Source: Blepharisma stoltei ATCC 30299 (Eukaryota; Protista; Ciliophora). Taken from it: a DNA stretch of 64,000 nt. Below, piece after piece: positions 45,987 through 57,698 of the stretch; positions within the stretch are counted from its first letter, which is position 1, and each line of letters begins with the position of its first letter. Location: the NCBI GenBank assembly GCA_965603825.1, contig CBFDEM010000056.1:372001-436000 (forward strand), read 5' to 3'. The position numbers and the translations under genes were made by a program. The notes beneath the pieces were generated by a model. The model had not been told where the DNA came from. It saw nothing but the letters and a program-made list of their open reading frames with translations, and ran no database searches.

Positions 45987-48050
45987 ATGGAGCAGTCAGG
46001 TGATGCTGGAAAAGCTCTTGAAATCTCGAATTTAGAAGAAATTATCGATCCTGATCTCTCAGAAGCAGTTTCTTCAACTTTTTTCATGAAATTGTTACCT
46101 TCTGAGTGTCTTGCAGTCAACTCTCAATATATTTGCTACTCAGATAATAATGATTTGATCATCATCTACAAGAGTGACTCAGATGAAAAACAAACAAGAG
46201 TTGTCAGTCTGCCAAATAAAATAAAAAACCTATTGATTGCGAAAGCTGGCAATTTTTTGGTTGCACTTACAGAAAATGATGGATTTCATATCATCGATAT
46301 CGAATCTTCTAAGGAGATATTAGATATAGGGAAATCCCAAAGCACCAAAAACATTAAATGGCACCCAAGAGTTCCTGGCATTTTGGCAATTAACATTGAA
46401 GGGGTATGCTTAGAAATATGAACTAGAGTTGATCAAACTTTTAAGTCAACTTCTTTTGACAAAAAAGATATAATTGCCTTTGACTTAAGTCCAGGCCCTA
46501 GCATAGAAATCGGCTATATTGGAAATGATGGAATTTTAAAAATTTGCGATCTAGAGAGCAACACAGAACAAGCACTTTCATCTCAATCCATAGATGATGC
46601 AATAGATATCATTTTCATCGATAGAGATACAATTGCAGTTTACTCCTCAATTGGAATCACATTTTACTCTCGCTCACCTTCATTTGAGCCTATAACATAT
46701 TCCAAAACTGCCTTCTTATATGACCCTATTAGTGAGGTCGCTCTTTTAAGTGACTTTCAATCCACCCAAGTTTCTTTGTTCACCAAAGAATCAATTTTAT
46801 CCCAAAAATATGATGAGACCATTGATATCAGCCTAAAATCACCTCAACAGCAATTAGAAATCCAATGCAAAGATATTTCGAGACGCGCAATAGACATTAT
46901 AATTCGGCATGAAGACGAAATTTATAAATATCCATTTGTATTATCGCCTGAGTCTGATTTAGAAGAAAAAGAATTAGAACCTTTAGAAAATAAAGAAGAA
47001 GCTAAAACAATTAGTGAAAATAAAGTAGATGATGCTCAGAAATCAGCTTCACAAAAGAGAAAAGAAAAGAAAAGTAATAGAACTCCTGCTAAAAAAAACA
47101 CAAAAACAAAGCCATTAGCAGAAGTCGCTGAATTTAAACCTCCTGAGCCACCTAAACAAATTCCTGCCAAAGATATGGTCACTCCTATTATCAGCTGCTT
47201 GAATAAAAGATTTGACGACCTCATGAGGAGACTTGAAAAAACCTTATCTGAGCAAACACTTTCTCAGGTGATTTCCAAGCATCTTCAAGCAAATTATGAA
47301 AACAAAGGCCAAGACCAACTAAACGCTATAAAAACTGCTTTGCAGTCGTATATTTTCCAGGCTTTTGGCAATGAATTTCGCACTGTTTTAATTCCAATTT
47401 TTGAAAGAGACATAGGCGAGAACTTTAAAAACATGTTTTTCCTGCTCCAAGAAACCTTAAGACAAAGCTCTGAAAGAAATGCTAGAGAAGAGGCAAAATC
47501 TCAGTCACTAAATACTCATATGAAAAACACTATTGAAGGACTAAACACTTTATCAAAAAAGCTAGGAAAAGTTGCTTTTAAGCAGCTAAAAAGAGTTGAA
47601 GAACTTGAAATTGTGATGGTTGAAAAAGCTTCAGCGGCTGTCACAAGCACTATCGAAATTCCTAAGGTAGATACTTATGTGAGTAAGCTTAAGCAAGAAA
47701 TAGAAAAATATTTGAATGAAAAAGATTTTGATAAAGCAATCACTAGGCTTATACAAGAAAATAATACCAATTATTTATTTAAGGTTTTGGCTTTGATGGA
47801 TCCTAGACCTTTAATGGCCAGAGATTACTTATCAAGTGATACAGTTTTAAATTTGTTTTATCTTCTTGTTAGCTGTGTTGAGCAAGAAAAAGAATTTCCG
47901 GATATCATGATTTGACTGGAAGAATTATGCAAAAAATTACCGACAGGGTCATCTGATCTAAGCAAAATTTTAGCCAGGCTGTGTGAGGTATGTGATAGAA
48001 ATTCAAAACTTAGAAGCATTATGAAGTTATATACAATGAGATTAAGATAG
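45987..48050 (+). CDS. EDC4/Ge-1/VARICOSE-like decapping scaffold (beta-propeller + helical C-terminus)
   Basis: ATG 45987; TGA 46419 and 47913; WD-like IKWHP; FRTVLIPIFER..F..MF and LS..TVLNL..L...W-L C-terminal pattern. Confidence 0.6.
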
Positions 48051-48228
48051 ATTAAATAGCACTTTAATTAACTTTTATGAGTCAATATAATAAACTTTGG
48101 AGTTTATAATAAAAAAATTCACTTATGATAAAGCCGCAATCAAAATTTCGGTTAATTGGGAAATTCATTTGATTAATTTAAATTTAAATGAATTGGAAAA
48201 TTCTTGTTAACTAATATATATCAAATTT

Positions 48229-49590
48229 ATGTCAAGATTAAAAAAACCATTAGAAAACTTAACAATTGATCCTCAGAATCAAAGCTTTTTTAGCGGCATT
48301 CACCATAGACATTCCTTATCTAATCCAAATTCTCGAAATTCATCATCAAGCAATCCCCATCAGCCAAAAATTAAATTTTGCAACATCCTTACAAATAAGC
48401 ATCAATCTCTCAATAGAGAATCTCCTTATGCTCAGAATCAATCTATTTCAAAAGCCTACTCCATATCAAATCTTCCCAAACCAAAAGAAAAGTCTAGGCT
48501 AAAGTCAGCTTCGACCTTGAGCTCCCACAATTTATCCTCTTTAATAAAAACTAACATTAAGGTGCCTCGAAATGAAAATTCACAAGAAGCTTCGTTTACA
48601 AACCTGAGTTTTTATGAGGACTGGAAGAAAAAAAGCAAAGAAAAACACTCATCAACAGATATGAATCTTTCCGCAGCAAACTGCATAAATTTAAACGATC
48701 AAAGAATAGACTCTAAGGACCCCCTTTTAGAATATGCAAGGCAGAATAGAGAAGTTCAAAGCTTAGAATTCAAACTTACTAAGCAATTAAGAGACCAGTC
48801 TGGCAAGTCTAATTCTCCAAAAATGCAAAAAGAAGTTTTTGACATCTATAGCAAAATGTTTGCAGAAATCATTGAAAAAGACACGTTATTTGGGCCCCTA
48901 TTGCTAAAAATCCAGCATGCTTATGAAGATTGAATGATTTCAGCAACAAGTGATTATAAAGAAACCTCACAAAATCTAAAATTCGAGCTCTCTGAATTAA
49001 GCAAAAAATGCCAGTTGCAGAATGAAGATAAAAAAACCATGGACAGAAAAATTGAAAAATTGTCAAAAGAAAATTATGAACTAAGTAAAAGTTTGGAAGA
49101 ACAGGAAGAAAGATACGCAGAACTGCAAGAAAAAATATTTAAAATTGCAGATATAAAAATTGATCAACTGCCTAAAGATGATGAAACTTGAAAATTTTTA
49201 GTTGCAGAAAATCAGAACTATGCAAGCGTTTGTGAGAATATGAGAAATGAGCTGAAAAATTATGCGTATAAAGAGAAAAAACTGCTAAAATTGGTTTTAG
49301 CAATGAAGAAAAGAGGATACCCAGTAGAAGAAATTTATGATCAAGAAGTTGCTCATCATAAAAAGAAGAAAAAGAAGCAGGAGCAGAATCAGAATCAGAT
49401 TGAATCTGAAGAGTATCCTGATGATACAGAAAATGAGCAGCTTGTGTCAGAAAGGCTAAAGTATAAGGCTAAGCCCGAATCAATTCCGAGCTTGAATCTT
49501 AAAGATATACAAGCTGAAACTCTATATTCCTCCACATCATCATCTGGCTCATATAATGATAGCGATTCATGCTTCATCAAAACTCAATAA
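48229..49590 (+). CDS. Coiled-coil protein with a TSNAXIP1-N-like segment
   Basis: Three in-frame ORFs joined by TGA 48931 and 49189; F.EII.KD..FGPLLLKIQHAYE. Confidence 0.65.
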
Positions 49591-49956
49591 ACTAATCAGC
49601 AAACTGATGCAACTTTGCACTCGATTGCAATGAAACTCATAACTGATTATGATAAAATGCTAAGTTTTTTTAACTAATTAAATTAAATCCAATTATAATG
49701 ATAAAATGGTGATGTATGTGCTAGAAGTTTAAGTCTTTATCACAAATTCAAATATTAATCTTCTTATTAAAAAATTTGCAGGTTTTTGGGATAATATATG
49801 AATAATTTAAAGATTAAAGTATTATAGGACCAGGACTTAACAAAGCACGCCCTGTAATAATGGGCCAATGCAATATAATAGTCTAATCAAACCTTCTCAA
49901 ATTTATAAAATAAAAGACACAAAAATGCTTTTTAATCTAAATTAAATAGAAAGATT

Positions 49957-52900
49957 ATGTCTTACCCTCAGATGTAACCTTCATTTAGGAAATTTGATCC
50001 CAAGTCTCCTCCTTCAATCCGCAACGACGATGACTCTATGAAAGATTACGAAGACCGATTATTCGAAAGACGACAAATCAAGCAGCAGCAAAATCGCCCT
50101 CAAAGCGCAAAAATAAATGATTTTCAGTCTATCAGCTCTAAGCGCAAATCAAGCTATCCTACAACAACCAAACCTGTTCCTCCTCAAAAGCCGTTAATAA
50201 AAACAAAAAACGATCAAGATCTTACATTCCTAGCGAAACTGCGTCCAAGAGTAGTTCAAATTGATAAGGAAAGGCTTTATGAGGACAACATGGCCCTTAA
50301 GCTCAAGATGAATAGCCTTACTGATGAAATGGTAAAGCTAAAAACCAAAATAAATCAACTTGAGCGTGAACTTGCAAGAAAAGAAGATATTATTGATGAT
50401 CTGCGAAATCCAGGAGAAAAAATGCCTATGCAGAATAAGCAAGGCCACCTTATATCAAGCTTAAAACAAACAATAAAAGAGCTAAAAGCAGATCTACAAA
50501 CAAAATATGAAGAAAACGCCACTTTAAAGCAAAATATCAAATCCACAAAAGGAGCTGAAATGGAAATTGAAATCCAAGCTTATATTGATGAGTGCACAAG
50601 ATTAAGGCATCATTTAGAAGAACTAATGAGGCAAAAAGACTCGCCACAAAGTTTACAAGAAGCTTCAATTTTGGAAGAAAAATTCAAACAGCAGTCAATT
50701 TTATTAAATAATGTAAAAAAGGAAAATCAAGAGCTACTTATAGCACTTGATGAAAATAAACAGGAGCTATCAAGGTGAAGAGAAAGGGTAATGGAATTGG
50801 AAAAGTCTCAGAAAAAAAACAATAAAAATAGAAAAACAGAAACTGGGGCGAAGCTAAAAGATGAAGTGCATAAACTCAAGGTAAAATTGGAGAATTCTAA
50901 TAAAAAAGAAGCTGAACTCAAAAATGAAGTGGAAAAATTCAAGAAGATGTATGAAGACACACAAAAAAAGCTAATGACTTCAGAAAATCGAGGAAATAAT
51001 CATTATAGAGCTGAAGAAAAAACACCACAGAGGGCTGAAATTATAAAAGCAGGATCTCCAAAGCCAGTATTTAGTGAAGAAGAGAAGGTTTTTGCGCACC
51101 CGAAATTGAAAAATCCTAATAAATTTTTGAGAATTTTACATGAAGTAGTTGCAAAGGAAAGGAGTACGATAGAAAGACTTCTAGATTCATTTAACGGCGT
51201 AGCTAATGGAAATATTGAAGTAAATAGCATTATTTCTGAACTTAAAAAGCGTAAGATACCAATAAAGAAAAAAATCATTTATGAAGCAATTAGCCAGGCT
51301 ACAGGAAAAACGCAAGAACCAGTTTCATTAAGAAGCCTTATTGAGCTCTATAATAAGTATGAATACACAAACGAGCCTGTAAGCCCAATCAGTGAAGATG
51401 AAATCGAAAATCAAAATAATCCTGCAAAAAGATCTGAACCTCCTAAAGTAAATACAAGCTCAAATTCTCAACCCGAAAGCAAAAGTCAAACTCCTGCGAC
51501 TAAAGAAATAGCTAAGCCTCCATCTCCAACAAAAACAAATCCTCCTAATCCTGTCCAAAAAGAGGTCCAAATTCCTTGCATAAAGCTAGAACAGGTAAAA
51601 ATGTTTTTAAACCATATTGCATTAAGAATGCAACTCCACAGGCTGCCCAAAAATAACCTCGGACATGCATTATTTGAAAATACAAATAAAGATCTTGCAA
51701 TATCAAAGCAAGATCTCTTGCTTCTGCTTGCCAAGCAGCCCTTCAATTTTACAAACAAAAATGAAGCAGAACCGCTTGCAAGATTTTTAATTGAGCCTGA
51801 AAATCTTCAATCTATCCCTGAAAGTGCTGCTAAAAGTGCAAAGAACTCTCCAAAAGACATTTTATCAAGGCTTTTAAAGTATATCGGCGACTGAGAAATA
51901 TTTACCTCAGAAGACGAAGAAAGCTTCGACAAGCAGCTTTCTCAAATAATCAGTAAAAATAAAATAACACTAAAAGAAGCTTGCAAAATTCATGATGATA
52001 ACAATGAAGGAATGATTACAATAGACCAATTCAAAGAAGCTCTAAGCGATCTTGATATCAAGTTCCCTCCTCGAACCTTTAATTATATGACTCTTTTATT
52101 TTACTCACACAATTATGAATTGAATTCAGTACCGTATCGCCATTTTATTAAAGCTTATGGCTCAGTAGCTGAAGAAAATGAAGAAGGTTCAGAAGGTGAT
52201 GAAGATATGTCTGACGAAGAGAGGGCAAAAATTGTCAGACATTATCTTGGACAGATTTCAAAAGCTCTTAATAAGGTTAAAAAGACTGTAAAAGAAGTCT
52301 TTGAATGTGACAAAAAAGGCTTGATTTCTCCTGATCAACTTTTGAGAGGACTTATTTCTTTAAAAATCCAAGAAATAGACCATGAGCACGTTTTGCTAAT
52401 TATTGAAGCACTTCAATATGAAGAAGAAAATGAACGTGATTGCATAAGCATTGATGAGCTGGAAGAAATTTTGGTGCACTATGGAGTTCCAGCGCAAAGA
52501 GATTCGCGAGTATCACCAAATAGCAAAAAATCAAGCCGATCCTCATCATCATCAAATTCTGCAGAAGGCGGCCATGTCAAAAAAATTTCAATGCTTGAGT
52601 CTTCAGGGAATTATGAATATAGTGATGAACTTCCAGAAAAGCAAGAATATCACAAATCTTCTCCAGGTCTCAGCGAAAACTCTCCTTTTGCAAGCATGTC
52701 AGCGGCTGAAATGAATAAAAACCCTTCTTTGCATAGCTTTAAAAAAGAAAGCGATGCTGATTTAAAAAAGCTTGAAGAGTTTTCGCCTGAGGAAAAACCT
52801 GCGAATAAGCTAGGAGTAGTCAGCAAAATAGCAAGAGAAATAGATAATGAAGAAGAGGGAGAATATCAATCCGATTACCAAGAAGAGTATGAAGAGGAAG

Positions 52901-53070
52901 AAGAACAAAAGACTGAGCGCTCAAGTGTTGTATACAAGAGCTCAGGAAGTAGTGAGTATGAGGAGGAGCAGGAAGAAGAAGACTATGAGGAAAATCCAAA
53001 TGATAGCTCAAACTATGAGAGTGATTATGAGTCTGAAGACATAGGGAAAAGGCTGAACAGATCAAGATAG
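49957..53070 (+). CDS. Large coiled-coil / degenerate EF-hand protein with acidic tail
   Basis: ATG 49957, 15-nt intron, TGA 50776 and 51892; DDNNEGMITIDQF EF-like loop; TAG stop. Confidence 0.8.
49974..49988 (+). other. 15-nt spliceosomal intron
   Basis: GTAACCTTCATTTAG, A10, in-frame TAA. Confidence 0.75.
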
Positions 53071-53185
53071 TGAATTTTGTTATTAGTTTAATGATTAATT
53101 GTTAGATAATTTTCTTATGGTTTTAAATTTTTTATTTGAAGAGATTTTCGCAAACCTAACTTTTTAATATTTCTAATAAGAAAAC

Positions 53186-53623
53186 ATGGAAAAACCTAGA
53201 AAACGACCATTTCAACTGGATGGGCCTTTGCACATGACAAAACTTCCAGAATATAATGGTCTAAAAGATCCAAATTTAGGACACTTTTTTGCATCCCCTC
53301 AGAGGTTTAAAACGTTGGTTAAGCAAAACCTTGTAAAATTAATATAGATCAATAATCAAGGAGTAATAAATGATAGTGTTTGTAAGGCAAGGATTATTTG
53401 CACTCCAATAAGAAGGAGAAGTAAAGATCAAAATTCAACATTCAACAAGCCTTATACTTTGCCTCCAACCAAAAAGTGATTTAAGAAAATAGATATGAAA
53501 TTCCCAAAAATTACATCAAAAGAGCTGAGAGAAGTAATTAATAGGCATCGAAAAGAAGTAACATTTCAGGAAAAATCAATAAGTGGTAATGAAGGATTAA
53601 AAACAAGCAGTAGCTTTACATAA
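53186..53623 (+). CDS. Small basic protein with ERICH3/FSIP2-type N-terminal motif, absent from the ORF track
   Basis: PEYNGLKDPNLGHFF...R..LVKQNL|INNQG after removing the 15-nt intron; one TGA; TAA 53621-53623. Confidence 0.7.
53333..53347 (+). other. 15-nt spliceosomal intron
   Basis: GTAAAATTAATATAG, A10, in-frame TAG. Confidence 0.8.
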
Positions 53624-53806
53624 ATCTGCTGTATTTAGAGTATGAGGATATTTAATTGCAAGCCTTTAAAACGAGCAAGACCTCTCAAATTAATAAATTT
53701 ATATTATTAAAATATAAATAGTTTAGAATGAAATTATTATATATTGAAATATAATTTACTACTTATAAATATTGGGGTGAAATTGGTGAACTTAATAGGA
53801 ATTTTA

Positions 53807-53875
53807 GGACTTACACTGAAGAAATTCTGAAAACTTGAAATAATTTTAGAGTAACAAGTTGGGCGATAGCCATAA
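53807..53875 (+). repeat. Diverged direct repeat, copy 1
   Basis: ggacttacactgaagaaattctgaaaacttgaaataattttagagtaacaagttgggcgatagccataa. Confidence 0.75.
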
Positions 53876-54117
53876 CTTATTATTATTATCTCCTATAAAC
53901 AGTAAAAAATTATTGTATGAGAACTATAAATAAAATAATTGTTTTTATCATGATTCATATCGTAAATTTTTAATATTAATTGCATTTTTTCTATCTAAAC
54001 ATCAATAAAAGAACTAATTTATTTGGAGTATAAATTATTTTAAATTAAAATAATTTTTTTTCTTTTCAAATTCCAAATCTGGGCTTCCTAATTATTTTTC
54101 TGATTAGAATAATCAGT

Positions 54118-54840
54118 TTACATAGGCATCCATCCCATAGCCATATAGAACCTCATCATTTCCTCCATAATTTCTCCTTGGCTTTTTTCTCCATTTACGA
54201 TTTCATTCGCCTGCTGAGATACCACTTTTTCTCTATGAGGTGTATAATTATAAAGTTCCTGAGCTGCATAATCATAATACACAAACCACAAATCGGAATC
54301 TGGCTTGCATTTTTTGACCAGCTCACACTGGCCATAATTATTAAACCAGGTTTGAAATTGCTCAACAAAAAACTGGTGAGAAAAAAGATAATCTTTATAT
54401 TTTTTCCCATACGATAGAAACTTATTCCCTTTATCAGGCTTTCCATTTCCTCCTAGGTGGTCTAGCCAAAAAGTTTTCTCCTCGTCAGTTAAAGATGACT
54501 CAATGTTTGGATAGTTAAATTTCATATAACTTCGAAAAGCACGAAGCCAATATTTATCTTTTTCTTCAGTTTTTTTCTTAATTGGATCATAAGGACGCAG
54601 TGGCCTTCTTCCTCGCTTTTTTTTGAGTTTTCTAGCAAAAGAGGAAGACTGGGAGTCAGCTTCTAGATTGGAAGCAAAGTTATGGTTGAGGTCGAATAAA
54701 TTTGAGTTTGGATCAACAGAGGAATAGCTGGGCCAGTTTAGCCAAGCATTATCAGGAAGTATTACGCTTTTGTAATCAATGCTTTGGTCTTGGTTCATAG
54801 AGACTGGAGTCTCTATGTGGTCAGTATTTTCATGTTTCAT
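54118..54840 (-). CDS. Hypothetical nuclear protein with KKKRGRRP basic/AT-hook-like motif
   Basis: 240-aa ATG-TAA ORF; basic stretch followed by an aromatic-rich helical domain. Confidence 0.7.
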   Translation of the reverse strand: MKHENTDHIETPVSMNQDQSIDYKSVILPDNAWLNWPSYSSVDPNSNLFDLNHNFASNLEADSQSSSFARKLKKKRGRRPLRPYDPIKKKTEEKDKYWLRAFRSYMKFNYPNIESSLTDEEKTFWLDHLGGNGKPDKGNKFLSYGKKYKDYLFSHQFFVEQFQTWFNNYGQCELVKKCKPDSDLWFVYYDYAAQELYNYTPHREKVVSQQANEIVNGEKSQGEIMEEMMRFYMAMGWMPM

Positions 54841-55093
54841 ATTGATGCTGTATTAATTGTAAATAGCACTACAAATTATAGATTGACAAGATCTATATTC
54901 GGATTATTTTTATTAGTTCCACTGCATATATTTTAAGCGTAATTCTTTATCAAATAAAGAATGAGAACTACATCAGTTTGAAAAAGTATTAATGGAGTAT
55001 CAATACATGCTTATCTAAGACTCTATATAATTATACATAATAATATATCTGCTAAATTAATTATCAAGCACATTCTCAGCAGCTTATCTCCAC

Positions 55094-55846
55094 TTACTCC
55101 TCGATATCTACAATTCTGTCTATATCTTGCTTTGTCCTTTTCATTTTATTTTTGAAGTTCTCTTGCTTTTTCTTCCTCATATAATAGCTTTTCTGTTCTT
55201 CTGTCAATACCACCTTAAAAGACTGTATATCCCCAATTGGTCTTCCATTCTCATCATAAACACACATTACGCCCTCAGACAAATTTTTTGAAAGTTTATC
55301 GAAATTCAGGCCAATGCAGACAATATCTTTTTGCTGCTGGTGAAACTTAAGTGCATAGTTTCTGCCTTCAATTTGATAGAGAGCGTCATATGCAGATTTT
55401 CCAAGCTTTATTTCTATTAAACAAACAAAACGATCTGTTTTAACTGTTATGTCAATTCGGCCGCCACTTGTAGACTCTTCAGCTTCACAGTTTTGGAATA
55501 AATCGCACAGTTTTGCATAGAGTAAAGAATGAAAGTACTTTTCTTGAAGATCTATGAGGCTATAGGGAAAACTGGCAAAATAAATTTGAATATTTCAGCA
55601 GAAGGCTTTCAAATCGTAAGTTTTGAGAGCTTCTTTCATATCAGGATTGTCAAGCCTAGTTGGTTCTGGCTCAGTACGTTCTTGCTGTTGGAGTTGAGGC
55701 TTTGGCTTAGGAAGAGAACTAGCTGCTTCATAGTTTGATAATAATTTATCAAGAGCTCGTTTGAAATCATTATGGTAGCTTAGAGCGTCTATTGCTTTTT
55801 CTTTTGCGAAACCCATGCAAATAAGCCTTGCTAGATTAGATTTCAT
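55094..55846 (-). CDS. UBA domain + bacterial-type PD-(D/E)XK nuclease (PDDEXK_9/DUF1703-like), 250 aa
   Basis: Single frame through TGA 55595-55597: LICMGFAKEKAIDAL..NDFKRALDKLL (UBA); FASFPY..QEKYFHSLLY..EAEESTSGGRIDITV..LIEIKL..SAYDALYQI..NYA..IVCIGLNF. Confidence 0.8.
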
Positions 55847-56127
55847 TTAGTTTATAATTTTTATTTGGAAATTTAAGTATAAGAAAAATAATAATTATCA
55901 TGAAGTTAAGCCCCTACTAAAAATATAGTTTGGGTAAATTCGAGCCCTTTTTTATGGATTAGAAATATTTGACACATGAAGGCTTAATATTTAAAAACAT
56001 AGTTCAAATAATCATTTTTGCTCTATCCTAAGTATATTTATGTTTAAATATGATCTTTAAAAATCAATTAGGGCAAGATGTTTAAATATTTACGAATTAG
56101 AGATGAAAATTAAATATTTAGACTATT

Positions 56128-56207
56128 GGACTTATGCTGAAGAAATTCTGAAAGCCCGAATAATTTTAGAGAAACAAGTTGGCCAAAAAAGTGGACGATA
56201 ACCGTAA
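56128..56207 (+). repeat. Diverged direct repeat, copy 2
   Basis: ggacttatgctgaagaaattctgaaagcccgaataattttagagaaacaagttggccaaaaaagtggacgataaccgtaa. Confidence 0.75.
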
Positions 56208-56571
56208 TAATAAGACTGAATATCTTTTGCTGTCAATTATCCAAGCGTAGAAATCAAAGAATCGTAAGCAGTTTTTATGAAAATTATAATCCATATAATT
56301 GAGCAGTTTAATCAAGTTAAGGATAATATCAAGATACTAGGGAAATTTTTTATAGCAAAGTCATTTTCTTTCAAATCTAGATTAACCTCAATCGAGTCTT
56401 TAATTTTTAAGGTATAAACTCTGAAAACAGAGATAACAAAATAAATATAATTACCAACATCCATTTAATTCTATATCAAACTTCTCAAAACTATTTTACT
56501 AATGATCCCTCTACTCAACAATTTGACATAATTTCTCCTTTTAAACTGTAATCTTTAAAACAGAGTAATAA

Positions 56572-57606
56572 ATGAAAAGATCAGATACCTCAAACTCTAT
56601 TATGATGCTGAAGCACAAATTCGACGAAATTAAACAAAATATATGCAACATCGAAGAACGTCAGCGAGAATTTTTTACTAAATCCCCACATCATATTGTT
56701 GAAGATTTATCAAGTTCACAGTTAGACCCACAGTTGGGATCATTAAGGTCACGAACACTGGAAGCCACTATAAAACAGTATGAAAGACCTGCAAGTGCGG
56801 CTCGATATGGAGAAACAAGTAATGATCGTCTAAAAGAATTAGAAAATAACAACAAATATCTCATGAGAATGATAAAAACTCTTGAACAAAACAAAGAAGA
56901 GCTTTTAGGTAAAGTTGACTCTCTCCAAAAGGAAAACGACAAATTGAAAGATGAATTAGTCTTGAAAAACTCAAAAATCACTGTGCTAACAAACGAAAAT
57001 CAACAGTTAAAAAGTAGAGTTGAGACTAATGAAAAAAGAAATCAATCTCCGATGAGAGCATGGGAAGCTGATAATAACGAAGCAAGGAAATGTAACTCAG
57101 AAGTCAAAGCAAGACAGCCTTTAGGAGTTAGACAATGCAACTCAGAAATCAAAGAAAGGCCATCTTCTTGCATGAGAAGTGGACCGTCACCTAAAAAACA
57201 AAGGGTTGCTTTCTCCAAAGATCTTGTAAAAATTGTACACATTGACGGAGATGAGTGTCCAAGAAGCATTGAAAAATTGAAAAACAACGAAATAGTTGCT
57301 TCACAAGTAAGCTACCAAAATCCATATTCTAGATACTCTAGTCCTGGAAGACTTGATGAGCAATTTAATTCAACAACTCCAGTCGAAAAAACAAATATTG
57401 ACTACACTTTCAATGGATCCGCCAAGAAATATGATTCTTATGACAAAGCTTATGGACGGGACTCATACAAGCCAGTTTATACTAGCTTGCAGGATAAAAG
57501 AGCATTGTTCAACAAACTGAACTCTGAAGAATACGATCAGCACTTCTCTGAGTACTACCGAGAACGCTCAAGGATTATTGCACAGAAAATGATTGAAATG
57601 GATTAA
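56572..57606 (+). CDS. Hypothetical coiled-coil protein with RVxF (KQRVAF) PP1-docking-like motif
   Basis: 344-aa ATG-TAA ORF, heptad region. Confidence 0.75.
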   Translation: MKRSDTSNSIMMLKHKFDEIKQNICNIEERQREFFTKSPHHIVEDLSSSQLDPQLGSLRSRTLEATIKQYERPASAARYGETSNDRLKELENNNKYLMRMIKTLEQNKEELLGKVDSLQKENDKLKDELVLKNSKITVLTNENQQLKSRVETNEKRNQSPMRAWEADNNEARKCNSEVKARQPLGVRQCNSEIKERPSSCMRSGPSPKKQRVAFSKDLVKIVHIDGDECPRSIEKLKNNEIVASQVSYQNPYSRYSSPGRLDEQFNSTTPVEKTNIDYTFNGSAKKYDSYDKAYGRDSYKPVYTSLQDKRALFNKLNSEEYDQHFSEYYRERSRIIAQKMIEMD

Positions 57607-57698
57607 ATGATGATATATGTAAAGATTATACGATATATATTAATATTAGTTACATTTATATCCTTAATTTTGATAATACTGTTATTAATCAAGACCTC

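Noticed and set aside
55094-55846. Bacterial contamination as the explanation for the nuclease
   Set aside because: It is fused to a UBA domain, uses an in-frame TGA, matches local base composition and is embedded among intron-containing ciliate genes; long-read confirmation is still advisable
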